From contig OZ024742.1 of NCBI GenBank assembly GCA_964016885.1, forward strand, positions 285,014,001-285,078,000: a stretch of DNA of 64,000 nt. The letters run 5' to 3'. Of this stretch, positions 36,007 through 49,329 are shown in pieces (position 1 is the first letter of the stretch; every line of letters begins with the position of its first letter). Position numbers and translations under genes: made by a program. Below the pieces are notes generated by a model, which had not been told where the DNA came from, searched no databases, and worked only from the letters and a program-made list of their open reading frames with translations. This stretch comes from Eledone cirrhosa (lineage: Eukaryota).

Positions 36007-39000
36007 CTTTCAACCATATAACAGAGGTTACTTAATAAACTTTTACATAAATCTCATCTAATTTAAAAATTTTTTTTTTTTTCTTAACACTATAAAGGAT
36101 GATACAATGAAAGATATATTCTTTTAATATTACAATATTAAAGAAAATGTAAAGGAAGGGGTGAATAATAGAGCCAACACCAGAGCAAAAGACAGCAACG
36201 TCACGAGTACTGGGCAACCTCTCTAATGATTTTTTAGTCAAGCCAGCACACTCGCAGCGTTGCCTCGGGTGATGGCGAGACTGATGCGCTGAAACAGCCA
36301 AGCACCTTCGCGAGATTCGCCAGGCACCTCTAGTAGGCGAGCTGCTAGTGAGGAAAGGAACCTCGCAGTCAGCGGCCCAACTCCCCCAAACGTCTCAAAG
36401 CCACAGGATGAAAAATGTAGCTGGCCGACAGATCAGAGTATTTGAGGGTCTTACTCCGCTCGGCTAACTTATAAATGAAATGTTGTTTGATATGTTTCGT
36501 TTTTGAATTTATTTTAACTTACTATGCATTACATACCTGTTCTGAAGCAAAAAAATCATAATTATCAATGATTCAAATTGCTAAACTGCTGCCACCTTTA
36601 AGTACTCCCAACGCTGCCCCTATGTCCCGCACTAATCACTACTCCCACTTCTTTCTGGCCAAAACGTTGATCACCGCTATTTCCTCCAGCTCTACCAAGT
36701 AAAAAGAAAAAGATATCTGTAGCGACTAGCGCCACCTTGCCCGGGGAGAAAAAACTAATTGGAGTTACTTCCCGTTGAATTCTAGAAGATTCCTTGAACT
36801 TCCAGTCTAGGGATTATAAAGGAGGGAGAAAAGAGACATCTTAGCTTATTTGGTGACCGGCTCTCGGACAGTTCACTCACGAGCGAGTTTGTTAACCTTA
36901 TTATATCTGTATCGAATTTAATTAGTGGTTGGCCTGCAGTGGCGTTTACCAAAGTAAATAACCCTGTGACCAATTCACTAAATATCTATAAATAGTTTAT
37001 TTTTATTTTTTACTTCTGTCATTAGAACCGAAAACAAAATGCATTGCGGTATTTGTTCCTGTTCTTAGTGCTTTGAATTGAAATCTCGCCGGGGTCAATT
37101 TTGCCATTCATCATTTCGCGTCAATAAAATATATTACCAGTCTAGGCATTCAGATCAGGTCACCTATTCTAGGATACATAACTTCCTCCCTCCTACCCAT
37201 CAATTTCAAAGGCTCAGAAAAGGGTCATCACAACGACCCTTCTTTTCCTGACTAAACAGTGAAACAAGTATTGTTATTCCTGTATTGTTTTAAATTTCAC
37301 GAATGACCATGGGATTTTCACTGAGAAAGTTCCCCTCTGTTACTTGTGGAAGACTAGCAGTCGCCCATGGATACCAGTCTCCCCCTCTCCACACTGTTGT
37401 CCAAGGGAAAGGCAAATGTAGGTACAGCTTGGCACTAGTGACGCCACAACTCATTTCTACAGCTGAATAAATTGTAACAACGTGAAATAAAGTGTTATAC
37501 GTGAAATAAACCTCACGATTGTATGCCCATGCTGTAACCACTAATCAATGTGTCTTCATTTAATTTTCAATATCAAGTTTAACCAAGTTGTCTTAATTAT
37601 TATTTTTTTTAAAAAGCACCTATTGTTTTTGTTGCTTAGCTTCAGGTTAACGCTGGTCGAGCAGACCTATGATCAAAAATATTCTAGCCATGACTAATCC
37701 CATTTTTTAATCAAACCAAAACCAAATTTTTTTTTTTCACCTCAGGATCGAGCAAACTTATGATCAAAGATATTCCAGCTATGATCATTCTTTCTTTTAT
37801 ATTAACTTAATATATCTAGAACAACGTGAATATGTGTGGCTCAGGGGTTTGTTGTTGAACTCTTGATCATAAGGTCATGGGTTTGATTTCTGGACTGACG
37901 ATTTCATTTCACATTGCATAATATATGGTAATATATGGCCTCTATCATTAAAACACTTGAGAACCCTATGAGATGATAGCCTTTGGTTCAATGCCTTATG
38001 AGTGTACTTTGTTTGGCAGTACCTGTGAAAGCCAAGCCTGCCATATGTGTGTGTGAATACATTTGTATTCACACACACATATGACAGGCTTTCACATTTG
38101 TATTTATGTGTAAGTAATGTATTTTCTTTACTGTTTATGTCCCAAAACTTGACGTTTCGACAAAAAGTGACTGATAAAACAAGGACCAGATTTGAAAAAT
38201 AAATACTGGGGTCAATATGATCGATTAAATCCCTTCAAGGTGATGCTCCATGATGGCCACAATCTAATGGCTGAAACAAATAAAAGGATATTGAACAACA
38301 TTGTTCTAAATATACAAAAAAATGGGATGGTCATGGCTATACTGCCTCTGCTTGATCAAGATTTACCTATAGTGATGGAAATACAGGTGTATGCAGGGCT
38401 ACTATGTATACCTACCTCTCAATTTGTAGGTTTTTTGTATGTTCAATGTCTACTAATGGAGATATTTATTATTAATTATCCTTTATCACGTTTTTACAGT
38501 TGCTATAATGAAACATATCTCATCTTATTGTCGTTGTTTAATGTTTATTTTCCATACTTGTATGGGTTAGACAGGTTGTCGTTCTGAAGCTAGACCAGTC
38601 AGGTGATTATATCTTGCTCTAACATACACTTCCTAATGCCAACAAATTTACAGGGTGCATTTTATTGTAGCATTAGCTACAGGATATCCATACAGGATAG
38701 ACTGGGTACATTTTATCGGAGCATGAGCACTACCACCTTACAGAGCAGATTGGGTGCATTATATTGTGGCACCACCACTATCACTTTACAGAGTAGGCTG
38801 AGTACATTTTATCATGGTGTTATTTATAATATACTATACAATAAGAATTATCCAGTAGTCTTAAAATGTCCCTGTAATTGGCAATATTTAACAAACTCCC
38901 TTCAGAGCGTATTGCACCTTGGAACACCCTAATGTATAGGTTCACAACAATTTTTTTCCCAGACCATCTCCCCCACCACATGGCTATACAGTTGTATGTT

Positions 39001-39194
39001 ATATCTTATACTATTACATTTTATTTCAGTGAATTTGTCACCAATAATACATTAATGAAAGACATGTGACATTATACATATATAACTTTGAACCAGGAAA
39101 AATGGATGTTAAATGATGATGGTGATGATCAAGTAATTGATGTATTTATAAAGAAAGCGCTTACATTTATATTTAATGAACAATAGACAACATT

Positions 39195-41180
39195 ATGGCA
39201 GTAACTTCAGGTAAAAGTCAGGTTCATAATGAAACAAAATTTAGTAAAAATTTATCTTGCAAAACAAATTCTAATAATGTGAATTTATCTCATGGGACAA
39301 AATCAAATACAAATGAGACAAAATTATCCACTCAAACTTATCCACTCAGATAAAAAAATATATCACTGTGATATCTGTAGCAAAATATTCACTGATTTTT
39401 CAAAGCTGACTCGTCATAAATCTATACACACTCAAGTGAAACCATCCCACTGAAATACCTGTAGTAAAACAATCTCTCGGAATGATAACTTGGTACAGCA
39501 TAAACATATACACTCAGGGGAGAAACCATCTCGCTGTGATGTCTGTGGTAAAACATTCTGGTTGAGTGGAGATTTAATTTCTCTTAAACGTTTCTCAAAA
39601 CAGATATTTAACTTATCATAAACGTATTCACACAGGAGAGAAATCATACCACTTTGATATCTGTAATAAAACATTTTCTCAGAATGATTATTTGAAACGT
39701 CATGTTCATACTGGTGTAAAGCCATACGAATGTGATGTGTGTGGGAAAAGGTTCTCTGGGAGTGGACTTTTAACATGTAATAAACGTATACACACAGGAA
39801 AGAAACCATACCAATGTGATATCTGTGGTAAGACGTTTTCAGCAAGTGGAAATTTAACTTCTTATAAACGTATTCATTCAGATGAGAAACCATACAAATG
39901 TAATATCTGTCAAAAAGCATTCTCTCAAAATAGATATTTAAGTACCCATCGAAAAATATTCACAGTGGTGTGAAACCTTGCCAGTGTGATCGTCATCATC
40001 ATCATCATCATCAGTTTACGTCATTTGTGATATATGTGGTAAATCATTTTTCAAATGCAGGTAGGATCTATAGAGGTGGTTGATAACTTCCGATACCTAG
40101 GTGATCAGATTAGCAAGGGAGGAGGATGCTCTGAGGCCATAGTATCTAGAATAAGGACGGGTTGGAAGAAGTTTAGGGAGCTGCTTCCTCTGTTGATAAA
40201 GAAGGATTTTTCCCTACGGACGAAAGGCCGCTTATATGATGCCTGTGTGAGATGCGCGATGCTGCATGGTAGTGAGATATGGGCTGCAACTGCGGAGGAT
40301 ATGCATTGGCTGGAGAGAAATGAAGCAAGCATGCTCCGATGGATGTGCAATGTCAATATGCGTGAACGACCAAGCATAGACGAGTTGAGAGAGAAACTGT
40401 ATATAAAAGGGATAAACTGTAGTGTGCAGGAGAAAAGACTGTGCTGGTATGGACATGTGATGTGCATGGAGGATGATCGCTGGGTAAAGAAGTGCCAAGA
40501 AATCTCAGTGGAAGGAAGATCATGAAAATCATGGGCGGAGATGGTGAGAGCTGGCTTCAGATCGCTGAAGCTCACAAAGAAGATGACGAAGGACGTACTA
40601 AAGACAATGAGAGATGCTGTACTAAAAAGGACCCATCCTACCCTTGCAAGCAGGGAAAAGCGGATGTAAAATGATGATGATGGATGGAAAACCATACAGC
40701 TGTGATATCTGTTATAAAACGTTCTCTCAGAATGATTACTTGAAATGCCACAAGCTTATTCCCAAAGCAGAAAAATGTTACAATTCTGATATCACAGCAA
40801 ATGAAAATTTTACTTCTCATGAACATATTTACACAAGTGAGAAACTGTACCAGTGTGATATCTGTGGTAAAATATTTGCACAGGAGAGATTTTTGATTAG
40901 TTGCAAAGATATTCACACATGTGATAAACAATATCACTGTGATATATGCAGTAAATCATTCTCTGGAAATGAGTATTTGACACTTCACAAGCAATTTCAC
41001 ACAGGAGAAAGGCAACATCCATGAGATATCTGTGGTAAGGCATTCTCTGCAAATAAAATTTTAACTCGGCATAAACGTATTCACACTGGAGGTAAGCTGT
41101 ACAACTGCGATATCTGTGGTAAACAATTCTCATATATAACTACTTTAAGTATCCACCGACATGTTCATGCAGTGGAGTAA
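39195..41180 (+). pseudogene. ZNF-B: C2H2 zinc-finger pseudogene, paralogue of ZNF-A
   Basis: Same 5'UTR/ATG context (gaacaatagacaacattATGGCA), acceptor at 39029, fingers collinear with ZNF-A through ...HRHVHAVE*; stops, frameshifts and LINE insertions. Confidence 0.9.
40045..40683 (+). mobile_element. 5'-truncated RTE LINE inserted in the ZNF-B finger array
   Basis: IEVVDNFRYLGDQISKGGG..GWKKFRELLPLL..WYGHVM, with a (GAT)n tail; matches 56640-57232. Confidence 0.9.
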
Positions 41181-42049
41181 TCAAATTATGGCCATTGACG
41201 GGGCCTCAAAGAGAAATTCTGCAAGGTGGTGCAAGCCTGCTTTCAGGCCCAAGAGAAATAGTTGAAGGGCTTCCTCTTAAAATTCAAGGAAGCTGAGAGT
41301 TTTGTTTTTTTTTCCAATTTTCAGTACATTAAGGCTGTAACTGATATACCTAAACTAATTATATTCATACTTTCATTCTCATATCTCTAATGAAAGACAC
41401 TGACTGATTTTCAATTAAATTTGGAAAGGTTTAAGAATATAGTTAATTTTGTCATTATTAATCTGCTGTTTGGAGCATAAATTAACAAGATTTCTTACAT
41501 AGAATTATGATAGGATGCTTTTAGAAAAATTGATGGACTTATGTTGGTTTGCAATATATACTGACCCACACTCTATAAAATCTGGTGTTCTCTAAGGTGT
41601 GGTTATGTTATCTACACCTTCCCATTCAGTGTGTATCATTTTAGAACTAAAGCCTTGCACTGCCTCCATAAACAGGATGCTTGAAACAGTCCTTAATTGG
41701 TGATATCCTAGTCACTGAACAATACAAAGACACAAACCCCCCAAAAACCAGTCATGTGTACCTCATTTCTAGTCATCAATGACATGCAATTACAACTGTC
41801 TTAGTCCATATGAATTGTGAAGTCGCATGGCCAAATGATTAGAGTATTGGGCTCAAGGCTGTATGATTGTGTGCTTGAGCAAGACACTTTATTTTGTTGC
41901 TCCAGTTCTCGCAGTTGAACAACAGAAGCATAGAGAGGGGAGGCTGGAATGCATGGGAAAATGCTGATCTTTCATAAAAAAAACTTGCCAAAGCATGCAT
42001 CTTAGAGAGGAAATTTTCAGGTGCTCAGTTAGTTATGATCGAAAGGGGT

Positions 42050-42255
42050 CTTTAGTATTTAAACCGGCCATATCCGGCCAGAATTCTCTCACCTCTTTCT
42101 GTTCAAACAGGCCGCAACCAGCTGTTAATACTTTTGTTAAGGTATTGTGCTTAAAATAAATAGTATCAAAATCTCGTAGATTCGATATTATGTGAGATAA
42201 AGTGTTTACTATGAAAATACAATAGTATATATCAAGTAATGTAAATACTAAAGGG
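42050..42255. mobile_element. piggyBac-type MITE, third copy (inverted)
   Basis: Reverse complement of 5625-5814 / 7962-8175; ends taaagggtta. Confidence 0.7.
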
Positions 42256-43054
42256 TTACTCTATGTGTGTTCAAACTAAACACCAACTTCAATATAGGAA
42301 AGCCTAATTTATAAAAGTACAGGACCACTTATCTCTCTCTAATCAAAGGAAATCTTTATAGGTATCCAGAATTCATCATCAAGTGGTGGATATTGAAACT
42401 TAGGTAGCATGCATAGTCCTGTGAAGACCAAATGAGTCTCATTTAGATTGAAAATATAATCCTGAAATTGCTATGAACTATTAAAATATTTAGATCCTCT
42501 AGAAGAAATGAAGTTATTTACATTGTGTAGTCCAAAGTTAAATAAATCTCAGACTGAAAACATTATCTTAAAGCTATCAACTAATTTGCTGCTTGGTCTC
42601 TATGTAATTTCTCTCATAACATTGTAATATCTGTGGTAAAGCATTTACTTCGAACCGAGACCTGATTTAACCACAGACATATTCATATAGTTCATAAGCT
42701 ATACTTGTAATATACACAGCGTAACATTCTTACAGATTGGTATATCGATTTCCCCATTCACATTACTTATATTTGTATTGAAATATTAAGAAATTGTATA
42801 CCAATTAGTCTCAAGTATATTGACTCAGCTGTTACACCATACTAATGTCATAACTGTGGAAAACATTGTTACAACAGTATATCACAATAGAATAGTTACA
42901 TGTACGAATAAATATTTTGCTCAAGGACGCAATGCACAACTGAGATTCAAACTCGCAACCTAACGATCATGAGTCAAGCACCCTAACCACTACACCATAC
43001 ACGAAACAACTCCAAAGTCTTGATTATTTTCAAAATAATTTTAATATAGTAGAC

Positions 43055-43686
43055 AGTGAACTGAGAGAGAAACTAGGCATAAGAGGATTCCAAATGCTGT
43101 GTGCAGGAGAGGAGATTGCGTTTGTATGAACATGTGTTGCATATGAAGGATGACAGCTGCATAAAAAATTGCAGAGCGCTCAGTCGTTGGAAGCCTTGAA
43201 GTAGGGAAACCCAGGAAAATCTGGGATGAGGTGATAAAAGTCGGCCTTGCCTAATTGCACCTCTCAGAGGAGATGACACATCACCGGGATCTCTGGCGAT
43301 ATGCGGTAATACAGAAAACCCGACTTCCCACGAGCACAAGCTGAAGCATATGTACAGTATGCCCTGACCCCAACCCTCTCTCCCCAGTCCACGCTGTAAA
43401 GTGGACGTGTAAAAGACACGGAAAAAAGCACGCAGCCCACACTGTAAAGCGGACGTCTAAAAGACACTGCAAAAAGCACCTATCCCACACTGTAAAGTGG
43501 ACGTGTAAAAGACATGGCAAAGAGCACCCAGCCCACACTGTAATTGTGGTTGGTGTTAGGAAGGACATCCAGCCATAGAAAACCAGCCAGAAACACCCCT
43601 ATATGAGCGAGACACGGTCACCATCAAAATAGAACCCGTCTAACCCATGTTAGTGTGGAAGATGAACGTTAATTGATGATGATGAT
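43055..43686 (+). mobile_element. RTE LINE 3' fragment with a 48-bp tandem repeat in the 3'UTR
   Basis: Homologous to 23610-24197; repeat units start at 43385, 43433, 43481 and 43529; (GAT)n tail. Confidence 0.85.
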
Positions 43687-45059
43687 AGGCAAAGTCTTTC
43701 ATTATAAATATGGTATTGAAAGGGTTAGACTGAATGTAAACTTGTATGTGTCAGTATAAGCACTGATTTGATAACATTTTACTGTAAATAAAAAATGTGT
43801 AATTAAATGCTATATAATAGTATGTATCTCTGTTAAATTATTGCAGTTTGAAAATAGTTGGTTGTTTACAGATTATCTAAAATTCTTTGAATTGGTGATA
43901 TATTGAACTAGGATAAAAAAGAAAACTTATATGTTCTTGTTTTGGCTTGGCATGGGTACCCTTCCTCTCACCAACCACTTCACAGAGATACTAGGTGCTT
44001 TTTATTATGGCATGAGTAGTCCTCAATTTTGTTTGGCATGGTTTCTATGGCCAGATGTCCTATTAATTATTTGTATTTCAAAAGACTAAGTGCTAAAGGA
44101 ATATATCCAGAACCTATGCATGTCTTGTGAGACCATTGCTCAGCATCTCTCCAAAGTAACAAGTTTGGGCAAGGTTTATATCAGTGATTGCTTCACTCTG
44201 TAAAAATAAATGCTTGTCATTTGTTCATAACTGTTTGTCTATTTTCCATGCTTGCATGGGTTAGGCAGTTGTCACATGCTGAGACCAGAATGGTCAGGTG
44301 ACTAGGTCCAGCTCGTTCACTTTGTTTTGATTTAGTTTCTACAGCTGGATGCCATTCCTAATGCCAACCACTTTACAGCGTGTACTGGGAGCATGGTTTC
44401 TAAGGCAAGATGTCCTTTTTAACACCACTTTACAGCATATATTGGGGCATGTTATTGTGACTCCAGGACTACCACCTTACAAGGAGGACTGGGTAGCTCC
44501 AGCACTACCTCATTACTGCACTAAGGGGCTTAATGTATTTGTTCTTGCTGTGGAGGTATTGGTGGAGTAGCTGGTGCAGATAATGCATTGGTGGGGGCTA
44601 GTGGATATGATTAAAGATGAGAATATGTTAAGAATTCATTTCTAGAATATAATTATATTAATGTTCAGCATATATATACAAATGACATATACGATTAAAT
44701 GTATGAGTAGCTTTGGAGAAATAAATATTTACAGGGACAAATGTAGAGTTAGAACACAGGACCTTGCGATTCGAAAACGAACTCCTTATTGTAGCGACAT
44801 GGCTGATATAGGAAATGCATTGTCTGCCTAATGGAACTATGGAATTTTAAAAAATGTAAGTCTTTCGTTTTATCGAATATATTTTCACAGTGGATAACAG
44901 TATTATTTTTAAATCCCGTAGTTCCATTTCCATAACAAAAACATTTACTATTTCAATTATGCCTCTCACATTCTTCCTTAATTATGATTCGTGAACGTTA
45001 GTTGTTGAGACCAGTTCGCTATTTGTCTCTACACCTCTTTTTATCCCTTTCGTAGAAAC

Positions 45060-45215
45060 ATGGCCCTTTACGTTCTGAGTTCAAATCCCGCCGATATTAG
45101 CTTTGCCTTTCATCCTTACGGGGTCGATAAAATAAAGTACCAGTAATGCACTGGATCAATTTAATCGCCCCTCCCACTCAAATTGCTAGCCTTGTCCCTA
45201 AAGTAGAAACAATTA
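45060..45215 (+). mobile_element. tRNA-derived SINE (family 1), 5'-truncated
   Basis: GAGTTCAAATCC B-box and the 'ggggtcgataaaataaagtaccag' body. Confidence 0.7.
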
Positions 45216-45319
45216 ATATAGAAAGATACGCCCACTGATTTCAGTGGGAAATAACATTTTCTTCGTTTTTTTTTTCCCGTATGCTATCAACTAAACTTCC
45301 CTCCTAATATGTCGCAAAT

Positions 45320-45650
45320 TACTTTTTTTTACCCGGAATGACGGGATGTGGGGGGTGGTCGCACTTTTCACCCTTTTCCTCGGAGTTTTCTTTACCGTTG
45401 TTTCGTGTGCTTCCAACTAATCTTTTTTCCGAACATACTACCCCTCCGTGTTTGGGGTTAGGAGTAAAGGAAATTTCTGGAGTGGGGACAGGTCAGGTCT
45501 GAGGGTCCCCCCTTTCTTTGCATTATGTTCGGAAGTAAGATTTGTTGGTAACACGCATAAAAATGGTAAAGGAAACTCCTGTGTAGGGGTGAAAAGTCCG
45601 AGGTCTCCTTTTCCGGGGAAAAGTCTTTTGCGCCATATTTGGAGGTAAGT
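45320..45650 (+). promoter_or_regulatory. Candidate promoter / first exon of ZNF-C
   Basis: Locally CpG-rich, ETS-like CGGAAGT (~45530), YY1-like CGCCAT (45631), strong donor GAG|gtaagt at 45644/45645. Confidence 0.5.
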
Positions 45651-46558
45651 TTAATTTATAGAACGCGGAGAAAGAAAAAACGAAGAAAAACTTTATTTCC
45701 TCTAAAATCGGTGGAGGTGTGTCTATAAATTTATCGAAATCAGAGCATTTGACAGGCGGGTGTGCGTACTTATTCCGAAACTTCACCGAATTTTACCACC
45801 TTCACTATACATGTAGTCGTTATTAATGAAACAATTTGGGCCACTGCTTAAAGCATATTAGCACCAACTTAAATAGTTCTTAAGTAATTTATCTCATGTT
45901 ACTGCTAGATTCCAACCTCTGTCATTTTATCAAAACAATTCTTTTTTGGCATAATCATCGAAAATTAGTCTGAAAAATTGTAAGTATGGAAATATTATAA
46001 GAGATATAACCTACATAGTAAATTTAGACGAGGACGGGATACGGACAAAAACCCTAAGTGCTCCTTTTTTTCCAGAATGGTAGTATCCTATGAAAATATG
46101 TTGAAAAAGAAAAAAATTTGTTGTCGTTGGTGATGCTTGTGAATGTGCTTTGGCTCTTTTAGCGCTTCACCCTCAAATGCGCGCGCGGTAATCTCGTTAG
46201 TGGTTGGGTTGCCTCCAAAATATTTCGAAGGAAACACCAATATTCTCTTTTATAGTATGTAATTAAGGTAGTAAGCATGTATTCTTTTGTAAATTATTTT
46301 AATGAATTAATAAATTGTATCGATCTTGGATGGATTTTAAGCAAAGTTGACCTCCTCGTGATTTGATCTAAGCAAGTGGTGTGCCAGAATATGTCCGAAG
46401 CACTATCCATTTTGCTCATCTTCAAACTTTTATAATTATATCTTTCTCAAAAATACGGTTAATTTAATTGGCTTGAAACAAATTATGTATTTCCAGTGAA
46501 TATTCAGATACGAAAATAAGACATCTGGTTTGGGCGATTAGTTATGTATATATTTCAG

Positions 46559-46692
46559 ATACATCACTTAGTTTGTTCTTTCCAAGCACTAATGTCCTTA
46601 TGAACATTTTGTAAATGTGTTGTCTGTCAATGTATTTACATTTCTAACCTATCTGTCTACACCTAACACTGAAGAAAGATATAAGAAAAACA
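46559..46692 (+). other. Predicted internal 5'UTR exon of ZNF-C
   Basis: tatatttcag|ATACATCAC...AGAAAAACA|gtaagt; homologous exon found in all three paralogues. Confidence 0.75.
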
Positions 46693-49329
46693 GTAAGTGG
46701 TTCAAATATATCTCTAGTCTTGACAAATTTTAGATTGAGTATTAGAAAACTATAAATCTATGAAATCGCTATTTTATATCGTTATTTTCAGATTCCCTAA
46801 AGATGGATATTTCCTAAACAAATTCTTCTAATGCCATTATAAATCAGTGTTGTTTTATTATTAGTTTCTTTCTGAATTATATTTTAACTTACTGTTTTAT
46901 TATGTCATTATCAATGTTTCATATCAGGGAACATAAGTTATTGCTGTTCTTTATATTTGTTATTCTTATAATATTTCTATATCAAAGACATCGCACCGAG
47001 CGGTCTTTCTTAGTTATTACCTCCTTTTTTCTGTGGTTATCGTGAGGGTGTTTGGCTATTTTAGCGCCTTAGCCTCGCTATCACTCAGGTTAATGTGTCT
47101 TGTCTTGCCTCAATTTTTAAGAAACACCACCATCCTCTGTTGTAGCGTGTTGTAATCATATTTATTATAGAAACTGTGTGTATTATGTACAAGATATATT
47201 TAAAAAAATAAAAATTAGCCCTTATCGTAAGTGCTCCAGAGTCACATGTGCACCCTCAGTAAATTTCATGTAAATCTTTGTGGCAAGAACATGATGGACA
47301 AAAGAACAGTTTCAGTTCTTAGAACAAGGAGGTAATACTTCGTTTTAAGATCATAGACAACGTCCGATAATTTCCGTCAATTTTTTAAATTAAAAATTAT
47401 GAGACCAATTATTTAATATTTTAACTGCCTGGTCTGAAAACGTGGTTACCGGACAGTTATATAATACGTAAATATTAATACTATAGATAATTTATTTTTA
47501 ATTATTTACTATTACAGTTATGATGTACAAACGTGATATTAATAGAAAATTATATTGAATTAATCACAATTATTATTATTTGACTTTCCCTTGTGCCTTT
47601 CATATATATTATGTTATAAATTATAACAATAACTATATATATTTAGGAGAAAGTAGATGTGCATACTCTATCATATGCCACAACAAGAAACGCTGGAGTT
47701 ACCCTCTAATAATTTTAAAGTAAGCTAACGCAGTATTGCCGCGACTGATAGCGAGGCTAAGACTGGAATAACCAAGCACCCTCGCGGGCATCACCTGATA
47801 ACGTCGATAAGGCTAGTTGTCAGCGGACCAGTTCCCCCAAACAACTCGAACGTCACTACGATCGGCGGTACAATGAGAAAATGTATCGAATTTTTGAAAC
47901 GATTAGCGATAGAAAAAGATAAATTGTTTATATTGTTATCATCTATAATAATACGCCACGTGTGTTTGTATGTTGATATCTCTTTCTCCATAACTCTTCC
48001 AAATTTTCACACACAAAAATACAATGATGTACTTATCTCAACCATGTTGCTACAATAAGTTCACTTTCCAATCTCAAGGTCTTGTGTTCTAACCCCAAAT
48101 TTGTCCCATTAAAGAGTTATTTCTCCAAAGTTACTCAATCCTAGAAATAAATTATTAAAATATCATTCTTAAATCCCTTCCATGTGTTAGTAATCAACAT
48201 AAACTATAAGGTTTCTCTCTTGCAAACTATTGATTTATCAAAACTCAAATTTCCAAGTTTATGTGATTGTTCATGTATCCAGTAATCCAGGTATATACAA
48301 TCTTGGATTCCAAAAATTAAATACGTTCAACGTTATTGCCGTCATTTTTGATGGCACTTGTACATTAGTAATATAAAAATAAGGAAACACAAGTCAGTGT
48401 TGTCTGTTGTAATGTCTAATTGAATGTGGATATCTTCTCTGGCTTTCTGAACCATCAAAGAGGGATGATGAAGCTATTCATATTTATAGGATCCAAATTA
48501 ACAGTCAATTTTTATGAGGTAAAATTATGAGACCAATTATTTAATATTTTTAACAGCCTGGTGATAACAGGAAATAGACAATATGAGAAATTATTCACCC
48601 TCCCCTTGCAACCGAAGAAATTGACCCAGGACCATATTAGCCTAAGCCCAGAGCCCTTAGTTTCTGTGCTTTAGCCTAGTTAGCTTTATGAATAAGACAG
48701 CTCTGAAATGTCCTTGTGATCTCTTCCAACAAGGTCTTGGTCTCTGTGCTCTCAACCAATGCCTTGTGAATGAAATTTGGTTGGCAGAAACTGTGCTGAA
48801 GCCCATTGTGTGTGTGTATATATATATATATAAAGTACTGGGGTTATGACCGGCTAAATTTATTGAAGGCAGTGCCTGTCTAACAACTGAAATCAGTAAA
48901 AGAATATTATATTGCTCATGCTCAAACGCTACAAATATAGTATGAAATAAAACATTTTGAAAGAAAGGAAGGAAAGTAATTTGAGAAAAGGAATATAGCT
49001 GTCCCAATGGCACAATAAGTACCTTCCCTGATATGGGATAGGAGTTAATGGTAGTACAAAATTACTTGTCTTGTCATCTGATGTTTGTTTATATGGAAAT
49101 TCAAAGTATTAGCCAATTTTAAGATGGAAGCAATAAGTCTGAGGAGGGTTTAGATGTGATTTCTAGTAGATTAGGTTGTGGCAAAGAAATATTATTGGCT
49201 TGATCATGCAGGTGTTGCATCATCATTGTTGTCACTGTTTTTTTTATTTTCCATGCGTACAAGGGTTAGACAGGTTGTCATGTACTGAGGTTAAACTGGT
49301 CAGGTTTGCATGGCCTTAACAAACCATTT

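Noticed and set aside
36250-36300. ctgatgcgctgaaac as a hammerhead or HDV-like ribozyme
   Set aside because: The CUGAUGA box is incomplete, the required pairings cannot be built, and sibling repeat copies do not keep the motif.
40644-41024. Chimeric LINE-tail/ZNF ORF of 126 aa as a new gene
   Set aside because: The ATGs come from the LINE end and tail, and most fingers have lost zinc ligands; no support for expression.
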